A stretch of DNA of 64,000 nt from Synechococcus sp. GTDB lineage: Bacteria > Cyanobacteriota > Cyanobacteriia > PCC-6307 > Cyanobiaceae. Each line of letters starts with the position of its first letter. Position 1 is the first letter of the stretch. A program made the position numbers and the translations under genes. The stretch is from positions 224,001 to 288,000 of the forward strand of contig JBJBEO010000001.1 in NCBI GenBank assembly GCA_047284725.1. The letters run 5' to 3'. The notes beneath the pieces were generated by a model. That model did no database searches, was not told the DNA's origin, and was given only the letters and a program-made list of their open reading frames with translations. Shown piece after piece: positions 39,628 to 58,774 of the stretch.

Positions 39628-40488
39628 ATGACTGACGTTGTGGCGACACCCGGGTTGTTGGAAGCCTGTTGGCGCAATTTCATCCTTGGCGTGGTGCAGG
39701 GGCTGACGGAGTTTCTGCCGATAAGCAGTACGGCCCATCTCAAGGTGGTGCCTGTCCTGGCTGGATGGGGGGATCCCGGGGTCTCGGTGACCGCTGTGAT
39801 TCAACTGGGGAGCATTGCTGCGGTGATCGCTTATTTCCGCTCTGATCTCCAGCAAGTGCTGCGGGGGATTGGACAGGCCGTTGGGCGGGGGCAATGGCGC
39901 GAACCTGAGGCGCGCCTCGGCCTCGCGATGGCGGTGGGAACCGTGCCGATTCTGGTCGCGGGTTTCCTGATCAAGGGGTTCTGGCCTGGCTATTCCTCCT
40001 CTCCCCTGAGGAGCGTGCCTTCGATCGCGGTTGTCTCGATCTTGATGGCGTTGCTGCTGGCTCTCGCGGAGAGGCTGGGCCCAAGACTGAAAACGTTGCC
40101 GCAGGTTCAGGGTCGCGATGGCTTCGTTGTGGGTTTGGCCCAGGCCCTCGCCATCATTCCTGGCGTCTCCCGCTCTGGCAGCACCCTCACAGCATCGTTG
40201 TTTGATGGCTGGCAGCGGGCCGATGCCGCGCGCTTTTCCTTTCTGCTCGGGATCCCAGCGATCACGATTGCTGGCTTGGTCGAGTTGAAAGATGCCCTTG
40301 CCGATCCCAATGCCGGTGGCGTGGTTCCTCTGCTGGTGGGGATCGTCTCCGCCGCTGTGGTGTCGTGGCTGGCGATTGATTGGTTGATTCGTTACCTGCA
40401 GCGCCATAGCACGTGGATCTTCGTCGCCTATCGGCTCCTGTTTGGTGTGGCGTTGCTGGCCTGGTGGGCGACCGCGGCTTCAGACTGA
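39628..40488 (+). CDS. uppP: Undecaprenyl-diphosphate phosphatase
   Basis: GVVQGLTEFLPISSTAH and PGVSRSGST motifs. Confidence 0.93.
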   Translation: MTDVVATPGLLEACWRNFILGVVQGLTEFLPISSTAHLKVVPVLAGWGDPGVSVTAVIQLGSIAAVIAYFRSDLQQVLRGIGQAVGRGQWREPEARLGLAMAVGTVPILVAGFLIKGFWPGYSSSPLRSVPSIAVVSILMALLLALAERLGPRLKTLPQVQGRDGFVVGLAQALAIIPGVSRSGSTLTASLFDGWQRADAARFSFLLGIPAITIAGLVELKDALADPNAGGVVPLLVGIVSAAVVSWLAIDWLIRYLQRHSTWIFVAYRLLFGVALLAWWATAASD

Positions 40489-40507
40489 GTTCAGAAGCGG
40501 TTTCGCC

Positions 40508-41905
40508 GTGTGGAATGAACCCTCTGCGGGCGTCGCCGTCGCGGCGCTCGATTCGGAGTCATCAGCGCGTCAGCCGGCGCCCGCTGTGGTTGTGGCTGTG
40601 GAGCCAGGCTCGATTGGTGAAGACCTGGGATTTGAACCGGGTGATCAGTTGCTCAGCATCAATGGCGTCAGGCCCCGTGACCTGATCGATTACCGCTACC
40701 TCTGTGTCGAGGAGGAGTTGCATCTTGAAGTGCGTGATGCGGCTGGGGTCCTTCACCAGGTCGCTTTCGAAAAAGACGCCGACGACGGGCTTGGCCTGGA
40801 GTTCAGTGAGGCCCTCTTTGATGGGTTGCGTCAGTGCAATAACGCCTGCCCGTTCTGCTTCATCGATCAACAACCGCCCGGACGGCGAAGCAGTCTGTAT
40901 CTCAAGGATGATGACTATCGCCTCAGCTTCCTCTATGGGTCGTATCTGACCCTGACCAATCTCACTGACGCGGACTGGCAACGGATCGAACAGCAGCGCC
41001 TGTCGCCCTTGTTTGTCTCGGTGCATGCCACGGCACCGGAATTAAGGACACGGCTGTTGAAGAATCCACGCGCTGGCCAGTTGATGGAGCAGTTGCACTG
41101 GTTCGCCCAGCGGCAGTTGCAGATCCACGCTCAGGTGGTGGTCTGTCCAGGCATCAACGACGGGGAGGCTCTGGAACACACTCTGACGGATCTGGCCGGT
41201 TTCGCGGATGGGGAGAGGCCTGCCGTGCTGTCTGCGGCAGTGGTTCCTGTTGGTTTGACCCGCTTCCGCCCCGCAGATGATGGCCTTGTGCCTGTGTCAC
41301 CGGGGGATGCGCGCGCTGTGATCGCGCGGGTGGAGCCCATGCAGCAGCAGTTTCAGCGCCGCTTGGGCAGTCGATTTGCCTGGTTGTCGGATGAGTGGTA
41401 TCTGATGGCAGGGCTTCCGCTGCCGCCGAGGGCCAGTTACGAAGACTTGCCCCAGCAGGAAAATGGTGTGGGCAGCATTCGCGCCTTTCTGGAGTCGCTT
41501 GATCAAGCCAGCATTCAGTTGCCGGAACGCATTGATGGGCCGTTACACAGCAGCTGGGTCGTCGGCCGCCTCGTGGATGGAGCGCTTGCACCAGTGACCA
41601 CGCGACTGAACGCAGTGGATGGGGTGACGCTGAATCTTTATGGGTTACCCAGCCCTTATTGGGGGCAAGATCAGGTCGTCACTGGACTCTTAACGGGACA
41701 GGATCTCCTCCAAGGTCTGGAGGGCTGCGATCTTGGTGACCAATTGCTTTTGCCTTCAGTGATGCTGCGTCAGGGAGATCCCGTGTTTCTCGACGATATG
41801 ACTCTGGCTGAATTGGAGGGGAAATTGTCTGTTCCGATTCGAATTGTGAATGGAGCAGCTGACATCGTGGCTTCAGTTCTGGGCCAAACCGCTGAAAGCC
41901 ACTAA
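40508..41905 (+). CDS. PDZ-containing radical SAM-like protein (TIGR03279/DUF512 family)
   Basis: N-terminal PDZ-like domain, QCNNACPFCFIDQQP, KDDDYRLSFLYG, QENGVG, FLDD. Confidence 0.87.
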   Translation: MWNEPSAGVAVAALDSESSARQPAPAVVVAVEPGSIGEDLGFEPGDQLLSINGVRPRDLIDYRYLCVEEELHLEVRDAAGVLHQVAFEKDADDGLGLEFSEALFDGLRQCNNACPFCFIDQQPPGRRSSLYLKDDDYRLSFLYGSYLTLTNLTDADWQRIEQQRLSPLFVSVHATAPELRTRLLKNPRAGQLMEQLHWFAQRQLQIHAQVVVCPGINDGEALEHTLTDLAGFADGERPAVLSAAVVPVGLTRFRPADDGLVPVSPGDARAVIARVEPMQQQFQRRLGSRFAWLSDEWYLMAGLPLPPRASYEDLPQQENGVGSIRAFLESLDQASIQLPERIDGPLHSSWVVGRLVDGALAPVTTRLNAVDGVTLNLYGLPSPYWGQDQVVTGLLTGQDLLQGLEGCDLGDQLLLPSVMLRQGDPVFLDDMTLAELEGKLSVPIRIVNGAADIVASVLGQTAESH

Positions 41906-41929
41906 GCTCCGACAAGATTTGATGATGCT

Positions 41930-43729
41930 GTGAGACAGCTTGCCGCTCCTCTCCTGTTGATTGCCGGGGCCCTGACAGTTGACCATGCTCATCTCGTCCG
42001 TGCTGAAGCACTCGACAAGCAGTCATCATCGGCGCCTGAGCAAGCCACCAATGTTGGCCCTCAGGATCAAACAGATCTCCCCAGCGCCATCGAGGTCCAT
42101 GGGTCACGTCCAAAGGCCGACGACTCCGTCCTGCCCCCGGCGGCCACCTCGTTGCCTCCAGAACTTGTTCCCCTGACGGCTCCCCCACCGCTGGCCTTGC
42201 CGGATCAACCTGACCAGGTCAAGATTCGCGAGTTGCGTCCTCTGACACTTGAGGAAGCTGAGCAACTGGCCGAAGTCAACAATCCGAGTTTGAAGGCAGC
42301 CGCCAGCCAGGTCGAGCAGGCCAAGTCAGGGCTGCTAGCGGCTATTTCGGCCTGGTATCCCACGGTGAATCTCACGGCCAATGGCCTTCCTCAGTACCTG
42401 GCGGCAGACCAGTACCGCAATCCCGATTTTCTGAAAGTTCGCAATAAAGACAATCCCGCATTTGGGGAGACGCGCATTGACCCTGATACCGGAAAGCCAC
42501 TCAGTCCTTACACCTCCAGCACCCAGTGGTCAGCCAATTTTCAGGCTCAGGTGCAGTGGAATCTGATTGATCCAGCCCGGGTCCCTGCAATCGCTGCAGC
42601 TCGGGACACCTACGAGAAAGCGAGAGACACGTATCTGATCAGTCTTCGTGAGTTGAGGCTCAATACGGCCACTGAGTATTTCAATTTGCAGCGCCAAGAT
42701 GAGCAGGTGCGCATCGGTCAGCAATCCGTGCGTGTTTCGCTCGTCAGTCTCCGCGATGCACGGGCTCGGTTCGAAGCAGGTGTGGCCACCAAGCTGGAAG
42801 TGCTTGAAGCTGAAACACAGCTTGCACGTGACCGACTGCTTCTCAGCCGTGGACTTGGTAGCCAAGCCAAGGCGCGACGAAGCCTGGCAGCACTTCTGGA
42901 CTTGCCACAAGACATCACACCAACAGCGGCCTCGCCAGCAAGGATCACTGGGATCTGGCAGCCCTCCCTTCAAGAAAGCATTGTTGCGGCCTATGCCTTC
43001 CGCGAAGAGCTTGATCGCTTCATTCTCGACATTTCGATCAACAACAGCAATGCCAACGTGGCTCTGGCGGCAGTGCAACCGATTCTCAGCTTGGTGAACA
43101 CGTTCTCAACTTCCCGCACCCAAGGGCAGACAAACGTTCAGGGGAACCCTGATATGGCTGATTACTCCTGGAATGCCAATAATGTTGTGGCCTTGAATGC
43201 AACTTGGAATATTTTCGATGGTGGACGTGCCCGTGCCAATTATCGTCGGAATAAGCAAGCTGCACAGGAAAGCGAATTTAATTTCGCAACGGAGCGCGAT
43301 CGAATTCGTCAGGAAGTGGAAGACAGTTTTTATGATCTACGAACGTCTAATCAAAACATTCAGACGACGACGCGCGAAGTTTTGTCGTCACGTGAATCAT
43401 TACGCTTGTCACGTCTTCGTTTCCAGGCTGGCGTGACGACACAACGAGAAGTTGTTGATACGCAGCGCGATCTGACGCAGGCTGAGGTTCGCTACGCCGA
43501 TGCGATCACCACTTACAACGTGTCTCTGGCTCAATTGCGCCGACGTACGGGTCTTGACCAGGTGAAGGCTTGCCCTGCTGTTTCGCTCAGTGCAATCAAG
43601 CCGGTTGAAGATACTGACTACACAATCCCCATTGAACCCATACCGAACTTGCCGGCTTGTCAGGCCCCTGCCGTTGTCTCCACTCCTGCCCCGGCTCCTG
43701 TGTCCACCCCTATCCGTGGTCTTTGGTAA
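41930..43729 (+). CDS. tolC: TolC-family outer membrane efflux protein
   Basis: NNPSLKAA...ARARFEAGVATKLEVLEAE...RLRFQAGVTTQREVVDTQ repeated OEP helices. Confidence 0.88.
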   Translation: MRQLAAPLLLIAGALTVDHAHLVRAEALDKQSSSAPEQATNVGPQDQTDLPSAIEVHGSRPKADDSVLPPAATSLPPELVPLTAPPPLALPDQPDQVKIRELRPLTLEEAEQLAEVNNPSLKAAASQVEQAKSGLLAAISAWYPTVNLTANGLPQYLAADQYRNPDFLKVRNKDNPAFGETRIDPDTGKPLSPYTSSTQWSANFQAQVQWNLIDPARVPAIAAARDTYEKARDTYLISLRELRLNTATEYFNLQRQDEQVRIGQQSVRVSLVSLRDARARFEAGVATKLEVLEAETQLARDRLLLSRGLGSQAKARRSLAALLDLPQDITPTAASPARITGIWQPSLQESIVAAYAFREELDRFILDISINNSNANVALAAVQPILSLVNTFSTSRTQGQTNVQGNPDMADYSWNANNVVALNATWNIFDGGRARANYRRNKQAAQESEFNFATERDRIRQEVEDSFYDLRTSNQNIQTTTREVLSSRESLRLSRLRFQAGVTTQREVVDTQRDLTQAEVRYADAITTYNVSLAQLRRRTGLDQVKACPAVSLSAIKPVEDTDYTIPIEPIPNLPACQAPAVVSTPAPAPVSTPIRGLW

Positions 43730-44538
43730 TTCAAGGCACTCCGCTGCAGTTAAGTGAGCAACAGCTCACTGCCGTTCATCAGCTGCTCGACCGAGTGGCT
43801 GAACGGCAACGACAAGATTTTGGCAGCAGCTCCTCTGAACTCAAATCCGACGGCACCCTGATCACCACCTGTGACCGTTGGAGCGATGCAGAGATTCTCT
43901 CGGGCTTGACTGCAATCGCTCCGGGTGAAGGGGTTCTGAGCGAGGAAGGGTCTCAGCGTGTTCCCTCAACCAGGGCGTTCTGGGTGGTGGATCCCCTCGA
44001 CGGCACGACCAATTTTGCGGCAGGGATTCCTTACTGGGCCATCTCTGTTGCGCGTTGGGTCGATGGTGCTCCAGCAGAGGTCTTTCTCGATGTGCCTTCG
44101 TTGCGCCAGAGGATTGTTGCGATTCGGGGTCAAGGGGCTTGGCGGAATGGCAAGCGTCTGACCGCTTTGATGCGATCCAATGCCAACAGCGCCTGTATTT
44201 CCCTGTGCAGTCGCTCCATCCGTGTGCTGCAGCAACGTCCTGACCGTCGTTTCCCTGGAAAGATCCGATTGCTGGGAGTGGCGAGTCTGAATTTGCTCAG
44301 CGTCGCGATGGGACAAACCGTGGGTGCTCTTGAGGCGACCCCGAAAATCTGGGATCTGGCGGCTGCCTGGTTGGTCCTCAGCGAATTGGGCTGCCCTGTG
44401 ATTTGGCTCAACAAGCATCCGACCACCATTGCGCCCGGCGAGGATCTTTCGGCCACTGATTTTCCTGTCGTCGTGGCAGGCAATGACCCCATGCTGGAAC
44501 GCTTGCGTGAATGGGGTGAAGCGCTCGTGGATCGCTAG
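43657..44538 (+). CDS. Inositol monophosphatase family protein
   Basis: VLSEEG, WVVDPLDGTTNF, KIWDLAAA. The true start is probably near 43720-43750. Confidence 0.88.
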   Translation: MSGPCRCLHSCPGSCVHPYPWSLVIQGTPLQLSEQQLTAVHQLLDRVAERQRQDFGSSSSELKSDGTLITTCDRWSDAEILSGLTAIAPGEGVLSEEGSQRVPSTRAFWVVDPLDGTTNFAAGIPYWAISVARWVDGAPAEVFLDVPSLRQRIVAIRGQGAWRNGKRLTALMRSNANSACISLCSRSIRVLQQRPDRRFPGKIRLLGVASLNLLSVAMGQTVGALEATPKIWDLAAAWLVLSELGCPVIWLNKHPTTIAPGEDLSATDFPVVVAGNDPMLERLREWGEALVDR

Positions 44539-44717
44539 CTGGCTTTTGCTGGCTTCATGACTGTTGGTCTGATGGCAACGGGAAAGGGTTGCGTGTAGGG
44601 GGATGTATGGGTTATGGTTTTGGACTGCGCGGGAGCCGAGAGGCGAGCGTGCGGACTGCTGGAAGCGAGTACGCGAGTGCTTGTTTGACGGTAGTGAGCC
44701 GAGAGCGGAAGGGGAGC

Positions 44718-44814
44718 GATCCCACGATGTTGTAGGTTCATCAAGCGGTTGAGAGACCGCGTCACTTATGAGGCCGGGAGAGAGATCCCACGGTGTTGTA
44801 AGTTCAACAAGCGG
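44718..44814 (+). promoter_or_regulatory. Tandem imperfect 31-bp repeats in the rRNA leader, probably tandem promoters
   Basis: GATCCCACGATGTTGTAGGTTCATCAAGCGG (44718) and GATCCCACGGTGTTGTAAGTTCAACAAGCGG (44784), each with a TAnnnT hexamer. Confidence 0.5.
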
Positions 44815-45240
44815 CCGCGAGGCTGCAGCGCTGAACGACTCCTGAGAGGGAGAAGGGAGGCGAGAACCTGGACAATTGAAAAGTTTAGGAACTGACGCTT
44901 TTATCGCGTTTAATGTTGAGCCAAGCCGCGAGGTGAGGGGAGAGATTAAATGAAATTGCGATAAAGGTGTGAGGTCCCGTCAAACAATTTCGTTGCGAAG
45001 AAGTCATTTGCTGCAACGAGGAGGTTTTCACGAGCCTCTTTGTTGCCGGTGTGCAAATGGTGGAGCAACAACCGGATCTGAGATCCTGGAAAGTCATGGA
45101 TAGAGAGATCTAGAAGTGCACTCTTAAGAACCCTTTCTGTGTCAGCGGAGAGGAGGCGACAACTGCACTGAGCGGAAGCTTGCAGTGTGGGTGAAGCAAA
45201 TCAATTTGAGGATATGAGAATGTCCGAGAGGAATTGATCT

Positions 45241-46725
<1,485 letters not shown>

Positions 46726-46909
46726 CAGGGAGACAACACAATGATTTTGATGCCTGAGTGCTTTTATTCTTAGGCCGAAATCCTGTCACCTTAGGTCGAT
46801 CGGTACCTCAGCTTTGAAGTCAAGAACTTGCAGCGATGTGAGTTGCTTGATGGAGATTTTCAGTTCCTAAACTTTGTCTAGGTCACACCCCAAAAGGGAT
46901 GAGACTCCT

Positions 46910-46983
<74 letters not shown>

Positions 46984-46992
46984 TTCGGTGTT

Positions 46993-47065
46993 GGGGGTTT
47001 AGCTCAGTTGGTAGAGCGCCTGCTTTGCAAGCAGGATGTCAGGAGTTCGAGTCTCCTAACCTCCA
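46993..47065 (+). tRNA. tRNA-Ala (TGC)
   Basis: GGGGGTTTAGCTCAG...GCTTTGCAAGC...GTTCGAGTC...CTCCA in the ITS. Confidence 0.97.
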
Positions 47066-47450
47066 CTGACCGAACTTTGTCCCCAACTTCAGAGTATGGA
47101 GTTGAGCTCGAATGGAGTGTGATTTAGATGTGTCCGCTGGACGATCCCAGCTTCCTGTCATTCCAAGTCAGAAAACAACTTTGATTTTGGTTGATAAGAT
47201 GCTGGGCTCAAACTGATCAATCAGTTTGAAGTTCTAGCAGAACCTTGACAACTGCATAGGTGAGTCTGGAAAGAATAAAGCATCTCATGGATGCATCATT
47301 CTTTTTTGGATGATGTTTGATTCTTGAGCAAGAGCCGAGACTCCATCACGTTCTTCTGATTGTGTCGAGCAATTGGGAGTTTGATTTCTGATTCAGCAAT
47401 GAATCAGAAAGAATCCGTTTCAACGACGGCAAGCGTGTTGGATGTTAATT

Positions 47451-50316
<2,866 letters not shown>

Positions 50317-50425
50317 CATTTTGGTTCTTGCCTTTTGAAGCAAGCTTGATTCTTTTCATGATGTGATTACGACAGTAATCAGAACCTATGCAGTTCTCAG
50401 GGTTCATCCTTGAGAATTGAGACTA

Positions 50426-50542
50426 TCCTGGTGTCCATAGCGCTGTGGTCCCACTCCGATCCATCTCGAACTCGGTTGTGAAACGCAGCAGCGGTGACGA
50501 TATTTGGGGGGTAGCCCCCTGAGAAAATAACTCGATGCCAGG
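50426..50542 (+). rRNA. rrf: 5S rRNA, copy 1
   Basis: TCCTGGTGTCCATAGCG...CGAACTCGGTTGTGAAACG...GATGCCAGG. Confidence 0.96.
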
Positions 50543-50611
50543 TAAAACCAATTCTTGACTAACTGTTGGATTCAGATTGAACAACACAATTGTTGTCTGA
50601 CTCCCGCGAAG

Positions 50612-50641
50612 AAAGCCGTTCCTGATGGGGCGGCTTTTTTT
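50612..50641 (+). terminator. rRNA operon terminator, copy 1
   Basis: AAAGCCGTTCC-tgat-GGGGCGGCTTT followed by a T-run. Confidence 0.8.
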
Positions 50642-50856
50642 GTGTTCTGGTTTGCTGCGTGTTGATGAGAGATCGCCCTCTGGTTCTGAACAAGCGGTAC
50701 TGAAACTGCCGCCGGACTCGGTCTCGCTGCTTGCGGCATTGCACTCGGTCTGCTTCTCACCCATGAAGGTGAGTCTCTCCAACCCGCCGCAGTGCAGCGC
50801 TTGATAACGACGCCGCCCTCCCATCACTTCGGGCGGAGTCGTTGTTGATGGCAAGT

Positions 50857-51144
50857 TCAGGATCGGTGAACGTGCACTTGCTGCCATTTATGCTCCAGAC
50901 GCTGCCTGACGCGCGTTTCACTGCACGTTGCTGTGGTCGGGGTTCCGTTGTTGATCTTTTGAGTCAGCCGTGTGTAGCTAATTACCACAGCGTTGTCGTT
51001 CAGCCAACGCAGATGTGGCCTTGCCATGGTCACAGTGATGGGAGATCGAGTCGCACTGTTGTCGGCATCTAAGTCAAAGTAGAAGTGATGAAAGGGCAGA
51101 CCTTCGACAAGGTGTCCTTCGCTCTCCGCTTCAAAGCAGCTCAC
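50857..51144 (-). pseudogene. 5'-truncated CaMKII association (hub)-domain / NTF2-like gene
   Basis: VSCFEAESEGHLVEGLPFHHFYF...PHLRWL...ISYTRLTQ...SETRVRQRLEHKWQQVHVHRS resembles the CaMKII hub consensus ([22 protein letters not shown]...IAYIRITQ...[21 protein letters not shown]). The N-terminal helix is missing at the repeat junction. Confidence 0.8.
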
Positions 51145-51216
51145 GTCGTCGTGGCAGGCAATGACCCCATGCTGGAACGCTTGCGTGAATGGGGTGAAGC
51201 GCTCGTGGATCGCTAG
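51145..51216 (+). pseudogene. Duplicated 72-bp 3' fragment of the inositol monophosphatase gene
   Basis: Identical to 44467-44538 (VVVAGNDPMLERLREWGEALVDR*). Confidence 0.85.
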
Positions 51217-51918
51217 CTGGCTTTTGCTGGCTTCATGACTGTTGGTCTGATGGCAACGGGAAAGGGTTGCGTGTAGGGGGATGTATGGGTTATGGTTTTG
51301 GACTGCGCGGGAGCCGAGAGGCGAGCGTGCGGACTGCTGGAAGCGAGTACGCGAGTGCTTGTTTGACGGTAGTGAGCCGAGAGCGGAAGGGGAGCGATCC
51401 CACGATGTTGTAGGTTCATCAAGCGGTTGAGAGACCGCGTCACTTATGAGGCCGGGAGAGAGATCCCACGGTGTTGTAAGTTCAACAAGCGGCCGCGAGG
51501 CTGCAGCGCTGAACGACTCCTGAGAGGGAGAAGGGAGGCGAGAACCTGGACAATTGAAAAGTTTAGGAACTGACGCTTTTATCGCGTTTAATGTTGAGCC
51601 AAGCCGCGAGGTGAGGGGAGAGATTAAATGAAATTGCGATAAAGGTGTGAGGTCCCGTCAAACAATTTCGTTGCGAAGAAGTCATTTGCTGCAACGAGGA
51701 GGTTTTCACGAGCCTCTTTGTTGCCGGTGTGCAAATGGTGGAGCAACAACCGGATCTGAGATCCTGGAAAGTCATGGATAGAGAGATCTAGAAGTGCACT
51801 CTTAAGAACCCTTTCTGTGTCAGCGGAGAGGAGGCGACAACTGCACTGAGCGGAAGCTTGCAGTGTGGGTGAAGCAAATCAATTTGAGGATATGAGAATG
51901 TCCGAGAGGAATTGATCT

Positions 51919-53403
<1,485 letters not shown>

Positions 53404-53587
53404 CAGGGAGACAACACAATGATTTTGATGCCTGAGTGCTTTTATTCTTAGGCCGAAATCCTGTCACCTTAGGTCGATCGGTACCTCAGCTTTGAAGTCA
53501 AGAACTTGCAGCGATGTGAGTTGCTTGATGGAGATTTTCAGTTCCTAAACTTTGTCTAGGTCACACCCCAAAAGGGATGAGACTCCT

Positions 53588-53661
<74 letters not shown>

Positions 53662-53670
53662 TTCGGTGTT

Positions 53671-53743
53671 GGGGGTTTAGCTCAGTTGGTAGAGCGCCTG
53701 CTTTGCAAGCAGGATGTCAGGAGTTCGAGTCTCCTAACCTCCA
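53671..53743 (+). tRNA. tRNA-Ala (TGC)
   Basis: Identical to 46993-47065. Confidence 0.97.
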
Positions 53744-54128
53744 CTGACCGAACTTTGTCCCCAACTTCAGAGTATGGAGTTGAGCTCGAATGGAGTGTGA
53801 TTTAGATGTGTCCGCTGGACGATCCCAGCTTCCTGTCATTCCAAGTCAGAAAACAACTTTGATTTTGGTTGATAAGATGCTGGGCTCAAACTGATCAATC
53901 AGTTTGAAGTTCTAGCAGAACCTTGACAACTGCATAGGTGAGTCTGGAAAGAATAAAGCATCTCATGGATGCATCATTCTTTTTTGGATGATGTTTGATT
54001 CTTGAGCAAGAGCCGAGACTCCATCACGTTCTTCTGATTGTGTCGAGCAATTGGGAGTTTGATTTCTGATTCAGCAATGAATCAGAAAGAATCCGTTTCA
54101 ACGACGGCAAGCGTGTTGGATGTTAATT

Positions 54129-56994
<2,866 letters not shown>

Positions 56995-57103
56995 CATTTT
57001 GGTTCTTGCCTTTTGAAGCAAGCTTGATTCTTTTCATGATGTGATTACGACAGTAATCAGAACCTATGCAGTTCTCAGGGTTCATCCTTGAGAATTGAGA
57101 CTA

Positions 57104-57220
57104 TCCTGGTGTCCATAGCGCTGTGGTCCCACTCCGATCCATCTCGAACTCGGTTGTGAAACGCAGCAGCGGTGACGATATTTGGGGGGTAGCCCCCTGA
57201 GAAAATAACTCGATGCCAGG
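57104..57220 (+). rRNA. rrf: 5S rRNA, copy 2
   Basis: Same as 50426-50542. Confidence 0.96.
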
Positions 57221-57289
57221 TAAAACCAATTCTTGACTAACTGTTGGATTCAGATTGAACAACACAATTGTTGTCTGACTCCCGCGAAG

Positions 57290-57319
57290 AAAGCCGTTCC
57301 TGATGGGGCGGCTTTTTTT
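57290..57319 (+). terminator. rRNA operon terminator, copy 2
   Basis: Same hairpin and T-run as 50612-50641. Confidence 0.8.
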
Positions 57320-57454
57320 GTGTTCTGTGCCTTGGCAAGGAGTGTAAGTCAAAGAGGTTTCCAGGCCAATCCTGAGATTCGTTGAAGCGTGCTCGGGGTG
57401 TATTGCTAGCGTTGCTCATAGAAACTCATTGTCTTGATGGGCCGGCGATCTGCC

Positions 57455-58399
57455 ATGAAGCGTTTTGTCGTTTCGCTGTGGCGGGCTTATCTGCGCTGGT
57501 GTCAATATGATTGTGTCGATCTCAGTGCAGCCTTTGCGTACTACACGCTTCAGTCGATCTTTCCCTTGATCCTGATCATTCTCTCAATTGCGTCTTGGCT
57601 TCTTGGTCGTCAGGTGGGATTGAGTGAACAGATCGTCAGTTATACGGCTGGTGTTTTTCCTCCGACTGTTGTCGACTTGGTCAGAGCAACATTGGAAAAG
57701 CTTGTTCGCCAAGGTTTCGGCGCAGGCTTGCTTGGCGCCGGTGCGTTACTTGTCACTGCTGGGAATGTTTATCTCACGTTGCAAAGGGGAGCGGATCGGA
57801 TTTGGCATGGCGTCTTGCCGCAGAAGCAAGGGGATGCGCCTTGGAAGTACCAGGTTTGGCAATTTATCAAGGTGCGCCTCGAGGCTTTTGTTCTGGTTCT
57901 GTTGATTGGAGTACTGATTGTGCTTGATCAGATTAGTGCGAACTTGCGTATGATCCCCGCCGCGGCCCTTGCAGGCTTTGTGCAGTCTTTGCCCTGGTTA
58001 GAAGGCATTTTGCGTTTTGTTCCTGTTCTGACGTTCGGTCGGTTGTTGATGTCTTGTCTTGGTTTTGCGGCGATGTCGTTGATGCTGCAATTTCTTTTGC
58101 CAACGAGGAGAGTTCCGCTTAAGCCGTTGATTCCAGGTGCATTTCTGATTGGTTTTTTGCTGACGGTTTTGAATTTGGCTGTGAGTCGAAGCATCCTTTC
58201 TTTGGGTTCCCGATTCCAGGCTTATGGAGTGATCGGAAGCGTGCTTGTGCTCACGCTGTGGGTGTGGATGATTGGAGTCGTGATTTATTTTGGTCAATGT
58301 TGGAGTGTTGTCCTGGCTCGTCGACGTCTGCAGCGCAACGGTGATCCGTACGCATTGACGGCTGCTACGAGTGCGGGAATCAGCGAAACTGGTCTGTAA
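57455..58399 (+). CDS. YihY/virulence factor BrkB family membrane protein
   Basis: LSAAFAYYTLQSIFP...AYGVIGSVLVLTLWVW...YFG motifs. Confidence 0.88.
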   Translation: MKRFVVSLWRAYLRWCQYDCVDLSAAFAYYTLQSIFPLILIILSIASWLLGRQVGLSEQIVSYTAGVFPPTVVDLVRATLEKLVRQGFGAGLLGAGALLVTAGNVYLTLQRGADRIWHGVLPQKQGDAPWKYQVWQFIKVRLEAFVLVLLIGVLIVLDQISANLRMIPAAALAGFVQSLPWLEGILRFVPVLTFGRLLMSCLGFAAMSLMLQFLLPTRRVPLKPLIPGAFLIGFLLTVLNLAVSRSILSLGSRFQAYGVIGSVLVLTLWVWMIGVVIYFGQCWSVVLARRRLQRNGDPYALTAATSAGISETGL

Positions 58400-58414
58400 T
58401 CGAAGTAGGGGCTC

Positions 58415-58765
58415 TTGCGTTCTCCGATTCCTTGGCTTTGGATTGCAGCTCTCTGCTTGCTGCTGCTGCCAACAGCTGCCGGCAGAGTGCTGTTGGATGT
58501 GGCAGGTGGTCTGGTGCTGTTTGCATTGGCTCTGCCTGTCATCCTTGGAGGAGTCGGCTGGCTTGGTTGGAGGATTCTTCAGAGTCGTATGTGTAGGTGC
58601 CCTGCCTGTGGCACAGTCGCACTGGCCAATTCTGGTCAGTGTCAAATCTGTGGAGCCGATCTCTCTGGGGTCATGCCGAACCAGGCCAATGACAACAACC
58701 AGGATGATGGTTCAGTGCCGGCAAGCGAAGTGACAATCGATATCAATGCTGAAGATATCGATTGA
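58415..58765 (+). CDS. Hypothetical membrane protein with zinc ribbon
   Basis: Two TM segments, CPACG...CQICG, acidic tail ASEVTIDINAED. Confidence 0.72.
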   Translation: MRSPIPWLWIAALCLLLLPTAAGRVLLDVAGGLVLFALALPVILGGVGWLGWRILQSRMCRCPACGTVALANSGQCQICGADLSGVMPNQANDNNQDDGSVPASEVTIDINAEDID

Positions 58766-58774
58766 TGTTCAGTT

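Noticed and set aside
50423..50887. 154-aa minus-strand ORF crossing the spacer into 5S rRNA
   Set aside because: Overlaps the terminator and 5S gene and has no recognisable protein features
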